A stretch of 62,201 nucleotides of DNA, counting the filler. It is 17 parts of 17 records of this genome, joined end to end, with 100 filler letters (N's around TTAATTAATTAA, not from the genome) between each part and the next. Parts side by side here need not be neighbours in the genome. Positions count along the whole stretch, not along the records: positions 57,751 to 59,782 come from SRR16133337_48671; positions 59,883 to 62,201 come from SRR16133337_48755; 15 more parts are not named here. One strand, written 5' to 3'. The notes below the pieces were generated by a model. That model saw only the letters and a list, made by a program, of their open reading frames with translations. It made no database searches and was not told where the DNA came from. Shown one piece after another: positions 58,308 to 62,201 of this stretch. A program made the position numbers and the translations under genes. Positions within the stretch are counted from its first letter, which is position 1; every line of letters starts with the position of its first letter.

Positions 58308-59882
58308 TCAATATCTAATCCCGTTCGGCGGTGGAACAATCATTCTTCTTTTCTCCGTGCAAACAAATCCAAGTTATTTTTATAACCAAAGCAAAAGTGA
58401 CACTCAGATTCATTTGCCCACAAACTCCACACCACCCACTGTCTGTACCTTCGCCCACCACGCCACTTAAATAATGTCCCAACACACTCTAAGGAATTTG
58501 TCATTTTCTTGAAAAAAAGTGGCAGTACATTAGGGTTTCCCCCAAAACTTCCTTTTTTTATTTGAAAATCAAAAATGATTTGTATCTCATCATCTCTACT
58601 GCAAATCACTTGCCTAAACGAAAAACGAGAGGTGCCAAATGCGTCTTTTTTTACCTAAAATGGCAATGCACTTTTATCAATATGCAATTTTCGTGTCAAC
58701 ATGAACCAAAGGTACATATTATTGAACTTCACCAAAAAGTGTGAACGAATAAAAAAATGCGAAAAATAGTTTTTTTTTGTGCGACATAGTTACAAAATAA
58801 TCATTCATTCCAGACAGCTACAAAAAATCTAAAATAATCCAACCTTTCCACTATTCAAAAAGCACCAAGCGGGTAGAGCTCTGGCTGAAAGAGCATCTCA
58901 AGCTAATCAATTGACCCGAAGCGCAATAAGAGAACCAAAAACATTGCGAACTGAGCCGAGGCCGCACCTTCAAGCAAAACCCAAAAAGGAGCTATTTACC
59001 AAACGTTCGCGGAAAAATCAAAACTAGCGTGCGCCAACTCTATAACGGAAATTAAAAAAGCCCCGTGGAATTTGTCCTGAGCAGACGCGCAGTGGGACAA
59101 GTCGCTGAGGTGTGGTGATATGACTCACCTTTTCTTCTACTAAACCAAACAAATCCCCACCGAGCTTTTTGGGCTGCCCTTTTTGAAACATTTACAGTTC
59201 AGAAAATGGTGATATACAATGCCGCGTCAACTCGTAGACAACGATTCTCTACTTTCTGGGGAGCGAAGTGAAGGAAACGAAGAACATTGCAGAAAAATCG
59301 GACAAATCCAACAAACAGGTAAAAGCCGATAAGGCACTACACCGCACAACTAAAAGTGCCTTTTGCACCTCTCAGTTTCCCTTTGGACTTTTCGACGCAC
59401 TTTTTGCCCCTCCAAAAAGATTTCATCCTTTTGCGGGTGAAAGATAAAGCTGCGGTGGCACTTTAGCCAGTTTGGTCACTTCGCATTTTGTGTTCTGCAA
59501 AAATAGATGATGGCTGTGAGGTTGCAGCGCAAAGTGTGAAAATGGGGGCATTTAGAAAGTGGCAAAAACAAACGTACCTTGTTCAGCCATTATGTGAGAG
59601 GAACGACGTCGCTTGGATTGATTGTGGTGCTGTAATAAACAAAAAAATGTCAAATTAACACTGTACAAGATAGTAATCGAAACTTCAGAAACAATGTGTG
59701 TGTTAGAAGGCTTCTACCAACGAGTTCAACGTGTTCAAATTGTATTCAATCACAGGAAGATATACATGTGCGCGATTTTTGCNNNNNNNNNNNNNNNNNN
59801 NNNNNNNNNNNNNNNNNNNNNNNNNNTTAATTAATTAANNNNNNNNNNNNNNNNNNNNNNNNNNNNNNNNNNNNNNNNNNNN

Positions 59883-61127
59883 AGAGCCGCTAATTTTTCC
59901 GTTGATATTATAATTAGGAGCCCCACTTATAAGCCAACAGCGATCTTGTCCGTTTTTTGTTTTTACGTATCTTTCATAAGAATTAGAGTTTTCTTTGAGA
60001 TGTTTTATGTTCTTATATCCAATCGCAGATTCTTTTCCATCATTAAAAAAAATATCTTTTGTACTCTTTCCAATTAATTCTTCTTCTATATAACCCGACA
60101 TTTCAGAAAAACTTTGATTTAGCATTAAAATTTTATCCTTTTTATCTACTTCAAGTAAACCGAGATTCATATTGGCAATGATATTACTGTATTTTTGTTT
60201 TTCTGCCTCAATACTTTGATGGTACTTTTTTTCCAAAGTGATATCCTTATAGCTCCATAGATGACCTTTGTATTTATTTTCTTCAAAAATAGGAATATAA
60301 TCTCTTTCTAAAATTTTACCATCTTTCATCTGTAATTGATCTCCTAAAACTTCTTTTTTATTATAAGTAAGTTCCTGGATACGACTTACAAAAAAATTAG
60401 ATTCTTCAAAAAGGGCTTTATAGGTTTCTGTAAATTTAGGACAATCCATACCTACCATTTCTTTTGGTAAAACAGAAGTTGAAAACAGTTCACAAAACTT
60501 GTTATTTGTCAACACAATCCTCCGAACTTCATCTTCTAGCAAAATCCCTCTATCTAGGTTTAGAATTAAGGTTGCCAATCTATTTTCTGAGGCAATTAAT
60601 AACTCTTCGTCTTGTTTTTGTTTTGTAATATCTCTTACAATTCCTTGTGCCGCAATGGGGATCTTATTTTCATCATAAACAATACTAGAATTGATTTGTA
60701 CAATTTTAAGTTGCCCACTTTTAGTTATAATTCGTATTTGAAAATCTGTGATTAAACCTTTTGTAGCTAATCTTTTAAATGCTTCCTGAGCCTTTCTTCT
60801 ATCGTCCAGATATGCAAGTTTAAATAAATTAATTCTCTCTTTTTTAAAATCATATCCCAACAAACCCACCGCAGCTTCATTCATTTTAATCACAATTCCT
60901 CTTAAGTCTATGACCACATAAGCATCTATAATATTCTCAAAGATACCCTTTAATTCTGAGGTTTTCTCGTGTACTGATTTTTCAAGTTTTAAGTTAGAAT
61001 CTGATAATTTTCTGCTTAAATCATACAATTCAACTGACTTGTCTTCTAATATTTTTTCAGCCTGTTTCCTTGCCGTTTTTTCACGAATCAGGGCTCTTTG
61101 TAAAAGGTCAATTTTATTTTGGCTCAT
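59883..61127 (-). CDS. Multi-PAS sensor protein, probably a histidine kinase, 3'-truncated
   Basis: N-terminal RALIREKTARKQAEKILE.KS.EL coiled coil, three PAS repeats (GIVRDIT, YKDIT, SGY..EELIG). Confidence 0.88.
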
Positions 61128-61622
61128 TTATTTTGTTTAATGATAAATTTTACTTCTGTTCCATCTTCTTTTATTTTCTCCAGAACTATGGTAGCACTTG
61201 AATTAAAATGCTCGAAGGTTTTATAAATCATGATTAAAGAATTTTCCGTCTTTTCTACAACTTCAAAGGTAGGTAATTCCGCATCTGGATAAATTTTTTT
61301 AACCTCTACATGTATATGGTTCTCAACAGAAGACAGCATTTTGATGGGGTCTTTATACATCTTTAACATTTCAGGATAATTCTCCTTTATAACTTCAAGA
61401 AAATGTTCGGCATATACTTCTAAATAGATTGTCTGTAGAAATTCCCGTATTAAAGCTAAGGTTCTTAAGTAAACTCAGTATTTCAGAAAAACGATAAGTT
61501 CCTATTGAGGTATAAACTCCTCCAGACTCCAACTGAGATTGTCCAATAATTTTATCGACCATTTCCAATCCAAACTTGATTTCAATCAATTCTAAAAACG
61601 TCGTAAAAACAATTCCTTTCAT
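61124..61622 (-). pseudogene. Heme NO-binding (H-NOX/HNOB) protein, frameshifted and internally deleted
   Basis: MKGIVF...GGVYTSIGTY...DNL, extra T at 61422-61424, then LEVYAEHF...ENHIHVEVKKIYPDAELPTF; IYK joins directly to TFEHF, so the YxSxR segment is missing. Confidence 0.8.
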
Positions 61623-62039
61623 TTATTTTTTGATCAACTCATTTACACTCCAATACGACAAGATTCTTCCAATTTTAGAGACATATTCTTCATATTTTAA
61701 AGGTTTTAAAACATAACCTGCAATTCCAATTTTATAGCATTCCAAAACATCTCTATTATTATTTGAGGTAGTTAGAATAACCGTTGGAATGTATTTTAAC
61801 CTGTCATCTGCTTTTAAAATTGATAAAAATTCAATTCCATTAAGCTTCGGCATATTCAAATCTAATAAAATAATATCAGGTAAAGCTTCTTTTTTATTTA
61901 AAATCTCCAAAGCTTCTACACCACTATTTGCTTCCGTGATGCTATGCTTTAGTTTTAAAGATGCTATTGTTCTATGTAGTTTCATTACCTCTATTGCATC
62001 GTCTTCTATTAATAAAATACTTAAAATGTTATTTGTCAT
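61623..62039 (-). CDS. Single-domain response regulator
   Basis: ILLIEDD, PDIILLDLNMPKLNG, ILTTS, GYVLKP. Confidence 0.93.
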   Translation of the reverse strand: MTNNILSILLIEDDAIEVMKLHRTIASLKLKHSITEANSGVEALEILNKKEALPDIILLDLNMPKLNGIEFLSILKADDRLKYIPTVILTTSNNNRDVLECYKIGIAGYVLKPLKYEEYVSKIGRILSYWSVNELIKK

Positions 62040-62201
62040 AATGAATCTCTGTTTTGTCTACGACAATATATTACTATTCTTTCAAAAAAAAAATAGATTC
62101 CGCCTAAAAGAAATTAAATATAGATGAATGGTTCTTAAACATCGATTAGTGAAACTTTAAAAAAGGTTAAACTTTTTTTTGTCATGCAGTCAGGTTGTCT
62201 T

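Overview
This window is not one locus. It is 17 short contigs joined by 16 artificial 100-bp linkers (N44-TTAATTAATTAA-N44), and it contains two organisms. Six contigs are gene-dense Flavobacteriaceae-type DNA: wza-wzc; mrdA-mreDCB-purH-xrtF-pyrD-hmgL; atpBEFHA; an arsenosugar-type cluster (TIGR04282-like transferase, PNP, ArsM, desaturase); porin-exbDD-exbB-tRNA-Ser-aconitase; and response regulator/H-NOX pseudogene/PAS kinase. These contigs also carry a dispersed REP/MITE-like family and 7-8-bp tandem repeats. The other eleven are mostly AT-rich eukaryotic DNA. By reading GT-AG splice sites and exon phases by hand I recovered fragments of a TBC RabGAP, a cytochrome P450, TRM112, a ThiE/TenI-like domain, a possible RNF213-like protein and a CysM-like cysteine synthase. 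Two of the eukaryotic contigs are retroelements: a LINE (APE-RT) and a DIRS-like tyrosine-recombinase retrotransposon. Top leads: (1) the DIRS-like element's gag reads through only if two spliceosomal introns are removed, and pol and the recombinase frame may also be reached by splicing; (2) the ArsM/PNP/transferase/desaturase cluster suggests the steps after ArsM/ArsS in arsenosugar or arsenolipid synthesis; (3) bacterial-type genes carrying introns in the eukaryote, and decaying genes in the bacterium, fit but do not prove a host-symbiont pair. All family calls come from motif recognition; no searches were run.
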